A stretch of DNA of 64,000 bases from Candidatus Limnocylindrales bacterium. Its GTDB lineage: Bacteria; Moduliflexota; Moduliflexia; Moduliflexales; JAUQPW01. Positions 48,688 to 59,471 of the stretch are shown piece by piece. Where the stretch lies: the NCBI GenBank assembly GCA_035559535.1, contig DATMBG010000043.1:62001-126000 (forward strand). Reading direction: 5' to 3'. The position numbers and the translations under genes are program-made. The stretch's first letter is position 1. Each line of letters begins with the position of its first letter. Below the pieces are notes generated by a model. The model had not been told where the DNA came from. It did no database searches and saw only the letters and a list, made by a program, of their open reading frames with translations.

Positions 48688-49429
48688 AGCCTTTCCAGGT
48701 TTTAACCACCTTCCGGAATTTCAAAAGTTTAATAAGATACTCCCAGGAATCTCTAAAGAATCTTACCGTAGAAGGTACCTCATAGCGTTTGATAAAGAGG
48801 ATGGGGATTTCTTCGATTCTCAACTGCTTGTAATAGGCCCGTACCATAATTTCCGTATCCCAAAACCACCGTTTATCTTCGATCTCATCTAAAATGGGAA
48901 GAATCTTCTCTCGATTAAAAAATTTATAACCGGTTTCGGTATCTTTGAGTCGGGTATGAAGGAGCCGATTAACCAGGGTGATATAAGTTTTACTGGAAAT
49001 CGCCCGATGCAAAGTTCTTAACTGAAGCTTATAAATCCTCCAGCCTACGGCAATATCAGCTCCATTATCGATAGCCATAATCATGGAGGGGATATAGCGG
49101 GCATGGGCTTCCAGGTCGATATCTATATAACCGACCACCCTCCCTTCTGCCTGCCGAAAACCATCGGCTACCGTTTGACCTCGTCCCTGATTCTCTAAAT
49201 GGAAGATTTTTTTTATGGATCGTAAAGACCGTCCGGGTTTGTCTTTATATCTACTTACCAGCTCGTCAATAATTTTTCTTGTACCATCCTGGCTACAATC
49301 ATCGACAAAGATGAGTTCATAGGTATATCGGGTGGAGTCTAAAACTTGAAGGATCTCCTTCACACTCTGTTCTAAAACCAGTTCTTCATTGTAACAGGCA
49401 ATCACAAGACTTAAATCGAGGGTCTCCAT
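48677..49429 (-). CDS. GT2 glycosyltransferase (polyprenol-phosphate glycosyltransferase/DPM1-like)
   Basis: SLVIACYNEE, VDDCSQD, YIDID, DTETGYK, WFWDTE. Confidence 0.88.
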   Translation of the reverse strand: METLDLSLVIACYNEELVLEQSVKEILQVLDSTRYTYELIFVDDCSQDGTRKIIDELVSRYKDKPGRSLRSIKKIFHLENQGRGQTVADGFRQAEGRVVGYIDIDLEAHARYIPSMIMAIDNGADIAVGWRIYKLQLRTLHRAISSKTYITLVNRLLHTRLKDTETGYKFFNREKILPILDEIEDKRWFWDTEIMVRAYYKQLRIEEIPILFIKRYEVPSTVRFFRDSWEYLIKLLKFRKVVKTWKGYES

Positions 49430-49434
49430 ATTGA

Positions 49435-50241
49435 TTATTTTTCAAACCTCATCACGGTCATCCAACAAAAGGAACGGAGAAAGGGAACCCATTGGATTAA
49501 CCAGGAGTCTATGTATTCTAAATTTTGTTTTATTTTCTGATAAACCTTTCTCTCTCTGTTTAAGCAAATACCCAACAAAGCAGTTAAATAAAATTCTCGA
49601 TGAAAGGAGGTTTTAAAAAAACTTCCCATCTGCTCGACGTCTTTCAGGTTTATATAGTGAGGAGACGTCAATTTAAATGTTGATCGGAACTTTCGATAGA
49701 AGTAAAGAAGAGGGTTGAGTCGGAGAGGTTCCATGAAAACGGCTATTCCTCCAGGACGTAAGATTCGGGCGCTTTCTCTGGCAACCTGGAGAAAGTCCGT
49801 ATGCATCAGCATGGTCTGTGCAAAAATCCGATCGAAGGTCTCTTCCTTAAACGGCAGTTGTTCTGCATTGGCCTGAATGAGCGTGATGTGTCTATGGTTT
49901 ACTGTCCGTTGTTCACTCTGGGTGATTCGTGGCCCCTCAGGTAGGGTAAGATCCTCCATCTCATGGGCAACAGATATGTTTTTAATTAGTCGGAGGCTTT
50001 TACAGGATATATCCACAGCATAAACCTGTGCACCCTCTTTAGCAAAAAAGAGGGTTTCCTGTCCCTGTCCTGGGCCTATTTCTAGAAGTCTTTTACCTTT
50101 CAGGTCACCCAAACACTCAAAGGCAAATTCCCTACAGGAAGTCTGGAACCGAAGTCTGGTTAGGATCTCTGTATTGGGAGAGGACCAGACCAAATCATAG
50201 TACGCTTGTAGATGTTGGAGTTTCCTGTTTTGGAGAGTCAT
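49435..50241 (-). CDS. Class I SAM-dependent methyltransferase
   Basis: LLEIGPGQG, AVDIS, AEQLPF..ETFD, LRPGG. Confidence 0.85.
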   Translation of the reverse strand: MTLQNRKLQHLQAYYDLVWSSPNTEILTRLRFQTSCREFAFECLGDLKGKRLLEIGPGQGQETLFFAKEGAQVYAVDISCKSLRLIKNISVAHEMEDLTLPEGPRITQSEQRTVNHRHITLIQANAEQLPFKEETFDRIFAQTMLMHTDFLQVARESARILRPGGIAVFMEPLRLNPLLYFYRKFRSTFKLTSPHYINLKDVEQMGSFFKTSFHREFYLTALLGICLNRERKVYQKIKQNLEYIDSWLIQWVPFLRSFCWMTVMRFEK

Positions 50242-51925
50242 TTTTCATGGCCTCGGCTTGGCTTTTAGGCACTTTTTTGAAAAGGCGTACCCTGGATTGA
50301 TCTGGAAGGCTAATATCGCAGGCGACTTCTTTAAAAGGTAATTTATTTTCTTCAAGCATCTTTATAATGGAAGCATTATAAGGAACCGAGTAGGCCGGTC
50401 CCTGATCTCCGGTTTTAAACAAAACATAATCGGACATGTTCACAACCCAAAGGCATTCTTCAAGGGAAAATGTGATAGAGTAGTGATCACAGTGCCTGAT
50501 GCCTAAACCTAATTTTTGGTGATAGGAAAAGTACTTAAAAATGTCCCAGTTAAAATATTTTTGATTAGAAATAATTGCGATCTGAGGGGATGCACCGTTG
50601 GAGTTTCCAATAGAAGTTCGTAAGGTGTTAAGGATCTGTTCTGTCTTCCAGTCCTCCTGAACTGGAGGAAGGTTATAATAACCTCGTCCCATGGCTACAA
50701 ATTTGGTTCCAAACAAAACGTAATAAAGTTTATGGTTGAACATCTCAGAAGGGAGAAAGGAAAGGGAGTAGAAACTAAAGAGAGGGATTCCTAAAAGAAT
50801 CCCATAGACAGGATACAAATCCTTTTGAAAAAAAGATGTCAGAAGTAAACTTAAAAAAATTCCGAAAGCCGGTAAAGAAGGAGCGAAGAATCGCAGATCT
50901 TTATTTGTGGCAAAGGTAAAAGCGAAAAGGGGAAGTAAAAACCAGAGTACAATTACCGGCAAATAAGGGGTCTGACTCAGTGTAAGATTTTTGTGAAGGA
51001 TCCTTCTGAGGAAGACATAATAAAGAAGTGCAACCGTGAAGAGTGTAAAGTAGTAATTGGAGATTCCTCGATAGATTACAAGATGTTGGTAGTCTAAAAT
51101 CGTTTTGGGGGAAAAAACATTTTGATCAAACCCATGAACTTCCGTTAAGTGTCCATATCCTCCCCATAGGAATATCCAGATGGCATAGGCTGTGTTCGGA
51201 AAATACCAAATCGAGGAGATCACCAGAGTCAGTAAGATCATGATGCCTACATCTTGAATGAATCGGGAGGGGGTTATGGGATGAGTTTGCTTATGAAGGA
51301 AAATTTCTTCGGAAATTCGTTTAAAAAGGATGAAAAGGAAGGGGCCGATCATAAAAAGGGGGAATGTGATCTTGATTAACATCCCAAGCCCCATGGAAAG
51401 ACCCAGGTAGATGTTGTACCTGGTTTTTTTAAAATAATCGGATTTAAGTAACAGGTAGACGTTCAGCGCTACAATGGCTACCAGGGGGAATTCCGGGAAA
51501 AACATGCGAGATAAGCCGAATATGAGCGGCATGGTCGTTGTGATGTAAGCAGCCAGCAGGCCTGTTTTTTCATCTTTGAGAACTTTACCGATTCCATATA
51601 GGGAAAGACAAAGGACCGCCAGGCTGGTCATATGAACCATCATGGCCGACATTTCTGATTCTCCAAAGAGGAAGTAAAAAGGGAATGTCAAAAATAAAGA
51701 GAGGGTTCGATAGCCTTCATAGATAAAATTTTTCATGAAGAGCGAGAGGCCCCCCTCTTTCAAGGAACGGTAAAGCAGTTCGCTTTTGTAAAGATAATCG
51801 GCTGGATCCCAGGTAGGAGGCGCGGTATCCCTGATGAGCCAGATATAGTTGATAAGGAGATGGAAGCCGATTAATACAAGGAGCAGTATCGGGCAAAGAA
51901 TGGATAATCTTAAGTGGCGGTTCAT
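50195..51925 (-). CDS. ArnT/PMT-like (GT-C) membrane glycosyltransferase
   Basis: PPTWDPA loop, many TMs, GLGMLIK, NKDLRF. Confidence 0.8.
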   Translation of the reverse strand: MNRHLRLSILCPILLLVLIGFHLLINYIWLIRDTAPPTWDPADYLYKSELLYRSLKEGGLSLFMKNFIYEGYRTLSLFLTFPFYFLFGESEMSAMMVHMTSLAVLCLSLYGIGKVLKDEKTGLLAAYITTTMPLIFGLSRMFFPEFPLVAIVALNVYLLLKSDYFKKTRYNIYLGLSMGLGMLIKITFPLFMIGPFLFILFKRISEEIFLHKQTHPITPSRFIQDVGIMILLTLVISSIWYFPNTAYAIWIFLWGGYGHLTEVHGFDQNVFSPKTILDYQHLVIYRGISNYYFTLFTVALLYYVFLRRILHKNLTLSQTPYLPVIVLWFLLPLFAFTFATNKDLRFFAPSLPAFGIFLSLLLTSFFQKDLYPVYGILLGIPLFSFYSLSFLPSEMFNHKLYYVLFGTKFVAMGRGYYNLPPVQEDWKTEQILNTLRTSIGNSNGASPQIAIISNQKYFNWDIFKYFSYHQKLGLGIRHCDHYSITFSLEECLWVVNMSDYVLFKTGDQGPAYSVPYNASIIKMLEENKLPFKEVACDISLPDQSRVRLFKKVPKSQAEAMKNDSPKQETPTSTSVL

Positions 51926-52028
51926 AAGTATTAGCGTTTAAATCTGGTTTGGGGAACTCGTTGTCTTGAGAGAATAATTCTCGCGCTATGATCTTCTTTT
52001 TAAGAACAATTCTATCGAATCCCTCCCG

Positions 52029-54692
52029 TTATAAACCCAGCGAATAATTAACGGTTCTGTAGAAGTAGAAGTTAAGGTCTGCAAACCTTTCCAGTATATG
52101 GAAGTAGTACCAACAACTTCCCAGCATGGTGATCAGGACTATCAAGATAACGAGTTTGTGATGCCGCGACCAATATTCCCCTGCATACATGGCAATAAGG
52201 GGTAGAATTAAATAAATATAGCGATAATTTTCAGAAAAAAGCCCCAGTCCAATGCAGAGAACGAAAAGCAAAAAATAAACTAAAGTGAAATTCCATATGG
52301 GATTGTTTCGACTGTTTTTATAGGTTAAAATCCATCCCACAAAGAGGGGAAGAGCCGAGATGAGTATAAGCTTCATGAAAGAAAAAGCCTGGAACCACCT
52401 CGACGGATTCCAATAGCGCCAGCTTATGACCGAGAACCAGAAATCAGGAACCAGAAAAGGACTCCATACACCCGGCGCCATACCCCCTGCTTCCAGAAAC
52501 CTGGAGCGATTGCCCCACAACCCTATTATCATAATGAGCAGTGAAGGTAGAGATAGCCAAAGAATTCTTTGAAGCGTAAAGAGTTCCTTTTCAGTAAGAT
52601 TCTGATATCTTAACTTTTTGTAGGATGCCAGGAGTCGATTTTTAAGAGTTGCCAGGGAAAAATATCCGAGAAAAAAGAGGCTAAAAATCCAGGCTTCATA
52701 TCCTGTCAGGGAAGCCAAACCCAGGAAAATAGAGGGGAGGAAAACCTGTTCGTTTTTTAGAAAAAGGGTGAGGGCAACCAGGAGGAAAAAGGTCATCAAA
52801 GGCTCCCGGATAGACATGGAGGAGGCCAGAATGTCCATGGGAGTTAGGGAGAGAATTAAGGAAGCAATCAGGCCGGATTTCCAGTTCTTTGAATTGATAT
52901 AAACCAGAAAGATAATAATCAAAGAAAGGAAGATATTGCTCAATTTCAAGGTCAGCAAGCTCCAGGAGCTGATCAGGCAGTCGATAAATATGCTGAAGAT
53001 GGTGTAGAGAGGTAACCATAACTTATCCGGATCCAGATGTTGAGGGACTCCCATCCAACTGGCAGGGATGAAACCATATTCCTGCGGATTTGAAAAATCC
53101 CCTTGAAAGACCTTGAGGAAACGCAGAATAAAACCTATCAAGAGGACCAACCAGATTCCCTTGTGTTGGGTAAGGGTCTTCCAAAGATTATAAAGTACCC
53201 CATTTTGTCCGGAAAAAGAATGAACGAAGGTAAGCAGCGAAACATATAGGAAACCTCCCGTGTAAATGGCCAGGAAAGGTCCGATAAAATAACCTCGATT
53301 AGAAAGGAAAAGATAAAGCCCTATCAGGCAGTAAATTCCCATGAAGAATTCCAGAATCATCAGAAAATCCACCGGGGGAAGGTAACTTTTATTTCTCCAA
53401 TCATCGGCTTTGGATTCTACCTTAAACTTGGGAGTTCTTCGAAAACTACTTTCGATATTAAACAAGGCTTCTAAGACCGCCTTGGTGTTGCTGATGGCTA
53501 TACCGGTTCCCAGGCACATCAAAACCGGCAGATAACAAATTCTTCGATACCAGTTTTTATAAAGTTCTCGTTGGGAAAATACATACAGGGAAGAGGGACC
53601 AAAGGTAGCCAGGGCAAAAAAGGCCGCAATCACAAAGACCGTCGAAAAGTTCTGAAAAAGAGTGCTGATTTTTAAAAGGGGAATGGAGAGTAAGGCAACG
53701 GTCAGCATGAGAGGATGGACCAGGTAATGGGTCAGGTGTAAAACAGCCTGATATTTCGTAAACCAGGGGACCTGGGCTTTTAAAATTCGAGGAATGTTCT
53801 TTTTGGCTGTTTGGATAGAACCTTTAGCCCATCGATGTTGTTGAGATTTAAAAGCATTAATCTGAACCGGAAGTTCCGCAGGGGAGACCGTCCTTTGAAG
53901 AAATTTCATCTTCCATCCTCTCAGGAGGGCTCGATAACTGAGATCCAGGTCTTCTGTCAGGGTATCGGCCTGCCAGCCACCTGCATCGTAGATGGCCAGT
54001 TTTCTCCATATTCCCGCCGTGCCATTGAAATTCATGAAAAGTCCAGACCAGACACGGCCTGCCTGTTCTACGGCAAAATGTCCATCAATACCAATGGATT
54101 GTCCTAACGTAAGCAACGAATAATCCCAATTGATATGCCCCCAACGGGTTTGAACCATGGCTATCCGTGGATCTTCAAAAAATGGAATGGTATCTCTCAA
54201 AAACTCCTTGCCGGGAACAAAATCCGCATCAAAAATAGCCACAAATTCTCCACGGGCCTTTTCAAGACCGTTTTTTAATGCTCCGGCTTTATAGCCAGAT
54301 CGATTGGTACGATGGATATACGAGATATCAAAACCTTCTCGCCGATATTTTTCAACGATCTCCCGAGCAATATGAACCGTATCGTCTGTGGAATCGTCTA
54401 AGACCTGGATTTCTAATAGCTCCTTGGGATATTCTATGCGGGTAACCGCTTCAATGAGTCGTCGAATGACATACTTTTCATTATAAATGGGAAGTTGAAT
54501 GGTAACAACCGGAAGGTCTTGGGTCTTTTTGCTTCGCCAGAACCTTTCTATAATTTCCTGATCTCTCTCGTGTTGTCCTTTTTTATTCCGAATATACAAC
54601 CAGATGAGAATATAGCTATTAATGCCGTAAAGAAAAAGTAAAAATAGCGAAAAAATATAGACAAACGCCAAGACAACAGCAATAACAATCAT
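52029..54692 (-). CDS. Cellulose-synthase-like GT2 fused to a C-terminal multi-TM GT-C-like domain
   Basis: QLPIYNE, GYKAGAL, FDADF, TEDLD, QQHRW; about 380 extra hydrophobic residues at the C-terminus. Confidence 0.85.
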   Translation of the reverse strand: MIVIAVVLAFVYIFSLFLLFLYGINSYILIWLYIRNKKGQHERDQEIIERFWRSKKTQDLPVVTIQLPIYNEKYVIRRLIEAVTRIEYPKELLEIQVLDDSTDDTVHIAREIVEKYRREGFDISYIHRTNRSGYKAGALKNGLEKARGEFVAIFDADFVPGKEFLRDTIPFFEDPRIAMVQTRWGHINWDYSLLTLGQSIGIDGHFAVEQAGRVWSGLFMNFNGTAGIWRKLAIYDAGGWQADTLTEDLDLSYRALLRGWKMKFLQRTVSPAELPVQINAFKSQQHRWAKGSIQTAKKNIPRILKAQVPWFTKYQAVLHLTHYLVHPLMLTVALLSIPLLKISTLFQNFSTVFVIAAFFALATFGPSSLYVFSQRELYKNWYRRICYLPVLMCLGTGIAISNTKAVLEALFNIESSFRRTPKFKVESKADDWRNKSYLPPVDFLMILEFFMGIYCLIGLYLFLSNRGYFIGPFLAIYTGGFLYVSLLTFVHSFSGQNGVLYNLWKTLTQHKGIWLVLLIGFILRFLKVFQGDFSNPQEYGFIPASWMGVPQHLDPDKLWLPLYTIFSIFIDCLISSWSLLTLKLSNIFLSLIIIFLVYINSKNWKSGLIASLILSLTPMDILASSMSIREPLMTFFLLVALTLFLKNEQVFLPSIFLGLASLTGYEAWIFSLFFLGYFSLATLKNRLLASYKKLRYQNLTEKELFTLQRILWLSLPSLLIMIIGLWGNRSRFLEAGGMAPGVWSPFLVPDFWFSVISWRYWNPSRWFQAFSFMKLILISALPLFVGWILTYKNSRNNPIWNFTLVYFLLFVLCIGLGLFSENYRYIYLILPLIAMYAGEYWSRHHKLVILIVLITMLGSCWYYFHILERFADLNFYFYRTVNYSLGL

Positions 54693-54833
54693 AAAGAAAA
54701 CTCCTATATTCTTCTAGTATACTTCGTGGGAATTATAGAATAAAACTGCGTGAGACCCAGTTACAACTATAAACGATAATTCAATACAAAAATTCTTGCA
54801 AGTGGAAGATGTAAGAGATTCTAGAATTGATAA

Positions 54834-54862
54834 TTGACAATTAACCTTAGATAGGTGATAAT
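54834..54862 (+). promoter_or_regulatory. Putative sigma70 promoter of the second czcBA
   Basis: TTGACA-N17-GATAAT. Confidence 0.5.
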
Positions 54863-54867
54863 TTTCC

Positions 54868-56118
54868 ATGGAGGGGGTTATAAAGATTTACATGAAAAAT
54901 TTTTACTTTTTGTATATTTGGCTACTTTTGTTATTACTTCCCGGCTGTGAGAGGCTTAAATCGGAAAGGGGAGAAGAACGGGAAGAAGGGCTAAAGTCAC
55001 AGGTCAAGACCGAAGTCCTTCCGGACACTCAGGAGACATTCCTGATACTTGAAAAAGAAAAACAGGAGTTGATTGATCTCAAGGTCGAAACGGCAGTCGA
55101 GAAAGAGGTAGAAAAAACGGTTAAAAGCTTTGGTAAGGTCATTCCAAAAGTCCAGGCTGAAGCAGAAGTTTCTTCTCCGGTAGCAGGTCGGATTATTCCA
55201 GAGAGTGCCCAGTTTATTCCCCCGGTAGGTTCCCAGGTAGAAGAAGGCCAGCTTTTGGCTCAGGTGGAGCAAATTCTCAATGCTCCTGAAAAAATCCAGA
55301 TGGACGTGGACACCCGCAAAGTCGAAGCAGATATAGCCCAGGCTAAAGAGGAGATGGAAATTTATCGGGCCGAACTCGCCCGGGCGAAAAACTTATATGA
55401 AGAGCATGTCGCTCCGCTCAAACGGGTTCAGGAAGCTGAGTTGGCTTATAAACTTGCCGAGATAAAATATAAAAATGCTCTCCAGCAGAGAAAGATTTAT
55501 ACTTCTGCCAATCACGGTAATAACAGCCGCATCCGCCAGTTTCCCATCAAAGCCCCCATTGCAGGTACCCTTACGTTTGTCGATGTAACCCCAGGTCAAC
55601 AGGTCGATACATCTCAAAAACTTTTTACCATTGTCAATTTATCTGTGGTCTGGGTTGAAGCCCAACTCTTTGAGGAATATCTTCCCTACATCCAGGGTCT
55701 CAAGAAGGCTCGAATGAGCTTTACACCTTTTCCCGATGAGGTTTTTGAAGGAGAATTGATCCATGTCGGAGACAGCATTCATCCGGAAACCCGAACCGTT
55801 CAACTTATTTTTGAAGTCAAAAACCCGGACCGAAAATTAAAACTGGGTATGCAGGCAGATGTCCTGATTCCCATGGGTGAAAAGATTCAGGCTGTTTTGG
55901 TACCGGCCTCGGCGGTTTTAGAGGAAGGAGGCAAGAAGTTGGTGTTTGTTAAAATCGGTGAGGAGAAATTTGTTCGCCGAAATGTAACCTTCTTTTCCAG
56001 GGAAGGAAATCAGATGGCTCTTTCAGAGGGATTGAAACCTGGAGAGGAGGTCGTGGCGGTAGGAGCTCAGGAGCTGCTAGCAGAGAGCTTGAAATATCGA
56101 ATATCGGTGGCCGATTAA
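54868..56118 (+). CDS. Heavy-metal RND periplasmic adaptor (CzcB family), probable lipoprotein
   Basis: LLLLPGC lipobox (start possibly 54892), SPVAGRI, APIAG, PETRT, GLKPGEEVV. Confidence 0.9.
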   Translation: MEGVIKIYMKNFYFLYIWLLLLLLPGCERLKSERGEEREEGLKSQVKTEVLPDTQETFLILEKEKQELIDLKVETAVEKEVEKTVKSFGKVIPKVQAEAEVSSPVAGRIIPESAQFIPPVGSQVEEGQLLAQVEQILNAPEKIQMDVDTRKVEADIAQAKEEMEIYRAELARAKNLYEEHVAPLKRVQEAELAYKLAEIKYKNALQQRKIYTSANHGNNSRIRQFPIKAPIAGTLTFVDVTPGQQVDTSQKLFTIVNLSVVWVEAQLFEEYLPYIQGLKKARMSFTPFPDEVFEGELIHVGDSIHPETRTVQLIFEVKNPDRKLKLGMQADVLIPMGEKIQAVLVPASAVLEEGGKKLVFVKIGEEKFVRRNVTFFSREGNQMALSEGLKPGEEVVAVGAQELLAESLKYRISVAD

Positions 56119-56152
56119 GTGAAGAACTTTACCCGAATAATCCTTTTTACCT

Positions 56153-59100
56153 ATGCTCAACCATATCATCCTTTGGTCCCTTCATAATCGGGTGGTTGTC
56201 CTGGTTTTGGCAGGTATCTTATTTGGTTATGGATTGTTCGCGGCCAAAACAGCCCCTTTAGATGTTTTTCCAGAATTTGCTCCGCCTCAGGTGGTCATTC
56301 AAACCGAAGCTCCCGGGCTTTCCCCGGATGAAGTGGAGGCCCTGGTGACGATTCCCCTGGAACAGGAAATCAACGGGACGAGTAACGTAGTCAGTGTACG
56401 ATCCTCTTCGGCGGTGGGACTCTCGGTCATTACCGTTGTTTTTACGGATCAGACCAATGTTATTACCGCCCGCCAGCTCATTGCAGAGAAATTGAGCCTG
56501 GCCGCTTCCCGATTGCCCCAAGGGGTCGGCTCCCCGGAGATGGCCCCCATAACCTCTTCGAGTAGTACCATCCTGATGATCGGTTTGACTTCCAAAAGCC
56601 TCCCTCCCATGGAATTGCGGACCATAGCCGACTGGATCATCAAGCCTCGATTGTTAGCAGTTCCGGGAATTGCTAAAGTCGTTGTGTATGGAGGTGGCGT
56701 TAAACAATATCAGGTTTTAGTATCGCCCAAGAAACTCAGAACCTATGGCGTGACCCTTCAACAAGTCATTGAAGCTGCCAGACGCTCTAATTCCATGGCC
56801 GGGGCCGGATTCGCCTTCTCTCCTAATCAACAACTGGTTATTCGGGGAGATGGACGAATTAACTCCCTGGAAGATTTAAAAAATACCCTCATCATAAGTC
56901 GGGACGGCGTTCCTATTACCCTTCAACAGGTCGCTAAGGTCCAGTTTGGACCTGGAATTAAGGTTGGAGAAGCCACCATCAACGGGGAAGATGGGGTCAT
57001 CTTGATGATCTCCAAACAACCCTGGTTTAATACCCTGTCGGTCACGGAAAGCCTGGAGAAAGCACTTGCTGAACTGAAAGAAGCCATCCCCCAGGAAGTT
57101 GTCCTCTATCCGGCCTTATTCCGGCAGGCCAGTTTCATCGAAACCTCCATCCGCAATATGACCCAGGCCCTCTGGCAAGGAGGGGTTCTGGTCGCTGTGG
57201 TTCTTTTCCTTTTCCTTTTTAATACCCGCTCGGCTTTGATCAGTTTGATTGCAATTCCCCTCTCTCTTCTCGTTGCAATTATTATCCTTCGACTCTTCGG
57301 AGCCACATTGAATACCATGACCCTGGGTGGGCTTGCCATTGCTATTGGGGAGGTCGTCGATGACGCCATCATCGATGTGGAAAATATCTTCAGGCGATTG
57401 CGGGAAAATCGACGGGCTGAATACCCCAGGCCGAGCCTGGAAGTGGTTCTAAGAGCTTCTTTGGAAGTTCGTAACTCCGTGGTATATGCCACCTTCATCG
57501 TAGTTCTGGTTTTTCTTCCCATCTTTTTCTTAAGCGGCATCCAGGGAAAGATCTTTGCTCCCCTGGGTTACGCCTATATCCTTTCCATCCTGGCTTCTCT
57601 GCTGGTAGCTATTCTGGTAACTCCGGCTCTATGCCTTCTGTTGCTACCCGGGGCAGCCCAAAAGGTTGAAGAAAGCTTTCTGGTAAGAGGTCTTAAACAA
57701 TTCTACCGACCCCTTATTAGTGGAGTACTCCGACATCCGGTCCGGGTAATCCTCGCCTCCCTTCTCCTGTTCATGGGAGCTCTGTCCCTTTTTCCTTTCC
57801 TGGGAGGGGAATTTCTTCCGGAGTTCAATGAAGGTAATTTTATTGTCCATATGGCAGGTCTTCCGGGAACTTCTTTAGAGGAATCGGTACGAATGGGAAA
57901 AATAGTGGCCCGGGAGTTACTGAAAAATCCCGCCGTAGCTTCGGTGGGCCAACAGGCCGGTCGGGCTGAACTGTCCGATGATACCTGGGGCCCGGATTAT
58001 AGTGAGCTGGTCGTGGCCTTGAAAGACACAGAACTGGATATGGAGGAGGTGTTGAAAGATATCCGGGAAAGGTTGAGTCGTATTCCGGGCTTTTACTTTA
58101 ATATTATGCAATTCCTATCAGAGCGCATTGATGAAGTCATCTCCGGTACGACAGCTCAGGTGGTTGTAAAGGTCTTCGGTCCGGATCTTTCCGTTCTGAG
58201 GGAGAAGGTAGCTGAAATTCAAGGGGTATTGGCAGGAATTCCAGGGGTTGCAGATTTACAGGCGGAACAACAGGTCGATGTACCCGAGATCAAAATTAAA
58301 TTTAATCGAGATATGGCCGCCCGTTATGGCTTAAGTGTTGGAGATCTGGCCGATATTGTAACCGCCATTTTCCGGGGCGTCCACGTTTCGCAAGTCTACG
58401 AAGGACAAAGGGTCTATGATCTCGTGGTCCGATACGAAGATACCAGCGGATTTAGTCTGGATGAGATTCAAAATACCTGGATTGATACCCCTTCGGGTTC
58501 CAAAATTCCCCTTCGTAAGGTTGCAGAAATCTCCGTGGAGAATGGTCCCAATACCATTAATCGGGAAAATGTCTCTCGAAGAATGTTGGTTCAGTGCAAC
58601 GTGACCGGGCGAGATGTGGTGGGATTTGTCAATGAAGTTAAACAAAAGGTCCGTGAAAAAGTTCGGTTCCCAACAGGCTATTATGTGGAGTATAGCGGGC
58701 AATTCGAAAGTCAGGAGCAGGCCAAGCGAGAAATTTTGTTGCTGGGGATCGTCTCCGCCATTGGTATTCTGCTTCTTCTCTATATGTCCTTCCGCTCTCT
58801 GGGACTATCCCTCCTCATTATGACCAACCTTCCTTTGGCTCTTATCGGAGGTATTGTGGCGGCCTTCCTCTCAGGTGGCGTCCTTTCCGTCGGATCTATG
58901 ATCGGATTTGTGACTCTGTTTGGAATTACCACCCGAAATGGTATTATGCTCATCTCCCATTACCACCATCTCCTGACCGAGGAAGGGATGTCTTTCGGAA
59001 AAGAATTGATCATACGGGGAGCCATGGAGCGCCTCTCTCCTATTTTGATGACCGCTTTAGTCACCGGATTAGGTCTTCTTCCCATTGCTATCAGCGTAGG

Positions 59101-59275
59101 GGAACCCGGTCGGGAGTTGGAACAACCTATGGCAGTTATTATTTTAGGTGGACTCGTCACCTCTACTTTACTCAATATGATCGTTATTCCGGCCCTTTAT
59201 TTCAAATTCGGAGAGCGAACTTCCAGGCCCCTTCAAAAAGAACAGGCTTCCCGATCTATCCAACCCGTTTACTAG
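56153..59275 (+). CDS. CusA/CzcA-family heavy-metal RND permease
   Basis: PLDVFPEFAPP, GEVVDDAIIDVEN, ERLSPILMTA. Confidence 0.94.
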   Translation: MLNHIILWSLHNRVVVLVLAGILFGYGLFAAKTAPLDVFPEFAPPQVVIQTEAPGLSPDEVEALVTIPLEQEINGTSNVVSVRSSSAVGLSVITVVFTDQTNVITARQLIAEKLSLAASRLPQGVGSPEMAPITSSSSTILMIGLTSKSLPPMELRTIADWIIKPRLLAVPGIAKVVVYGGGVKQYQVLVSPKKLRTYGVTLQQVIEAARRSNSMAGAGFAFSPNQQLVIRGDGRINSLEDLKNTLIISRDGVPITLQQVAKVQFGPGIKVGEATINGEDGVILMISKQPWFNTLSVTESLEKALAELKEAIPQEVVLYPALFRQASFIETSIRNMTQALWQGGVLVAVVLFLFLFNTRSALISLIAIPLSLLVAIIILRLFGATLNTMTLGGLAIAIGEVVDDAIIDVENIFRRLRENRRAEYPRPSLEVVLRASLEVRNSVVYATFIVVLVFLPIFFLSGIQGKIFAPLGYAYILSILASLLVAILVTPALCLLLLPGAAQKVEESFLVRGLKQFYRPLISGVLRHPVRVILASLLLFMGALSLFPFLGGEFLPEFNEGNFIVHMAGLPGTSLEESVRMGKIVARELLKNPAVASVGQQAGRAELSDDTWGPDYSELVVALKDTELDMEEVLKDIRERLSRIPGFYFNIMQFLSERIDEVISGTTAQVVVKVFGPDLSVLREKVAEIQGVLAGIPGVADLQAEQQVDVPEIKIKFNRDMAARYGLSVGDLADIVTAIFRGVHVSQVYEGQRVYDLVVRYEDTSGFSLDEIQNTWIDTPSGSKIPLRKVAEISVENGPNTINRENVSRRMLVQCNVTGRDVVGFVNEVKQKVREKVRFPTGYYVEYSGQFESQEQAKREILLLGIVSAIGILLLLYMSFRSLGLSLLIMTNLPLALIGGIVAAFLSGGVLSVGSMIGFVTLFGITTRNGIMLISHYHHLLTEEGMSFGKELIIRGAMERLSPILMTALVTGLGLLPIAISVGEPGRELEQPMAVIILGGLVTSTLLNMIVIPALYFKFGERTSRPLQKEQASRSIQPVY

Positions 59276-59471
59276 CCCCTTAACCTTCAGAGGTCCTTTC
59301 TGTAAAAATATCTTGATCCTGTTTCCCCCAAGGTATACGATGGATCATCCCAAACAGGGGAAACCCCTAACTTGTTAAAAAGACGGTCCCGGAAGGACAG
59401 GGTTAATGAAAGAATTTTATAGCACGAAAGTAACCTGAAAGAATAAATAGAAAGAATAAATAAAGGAAAGT

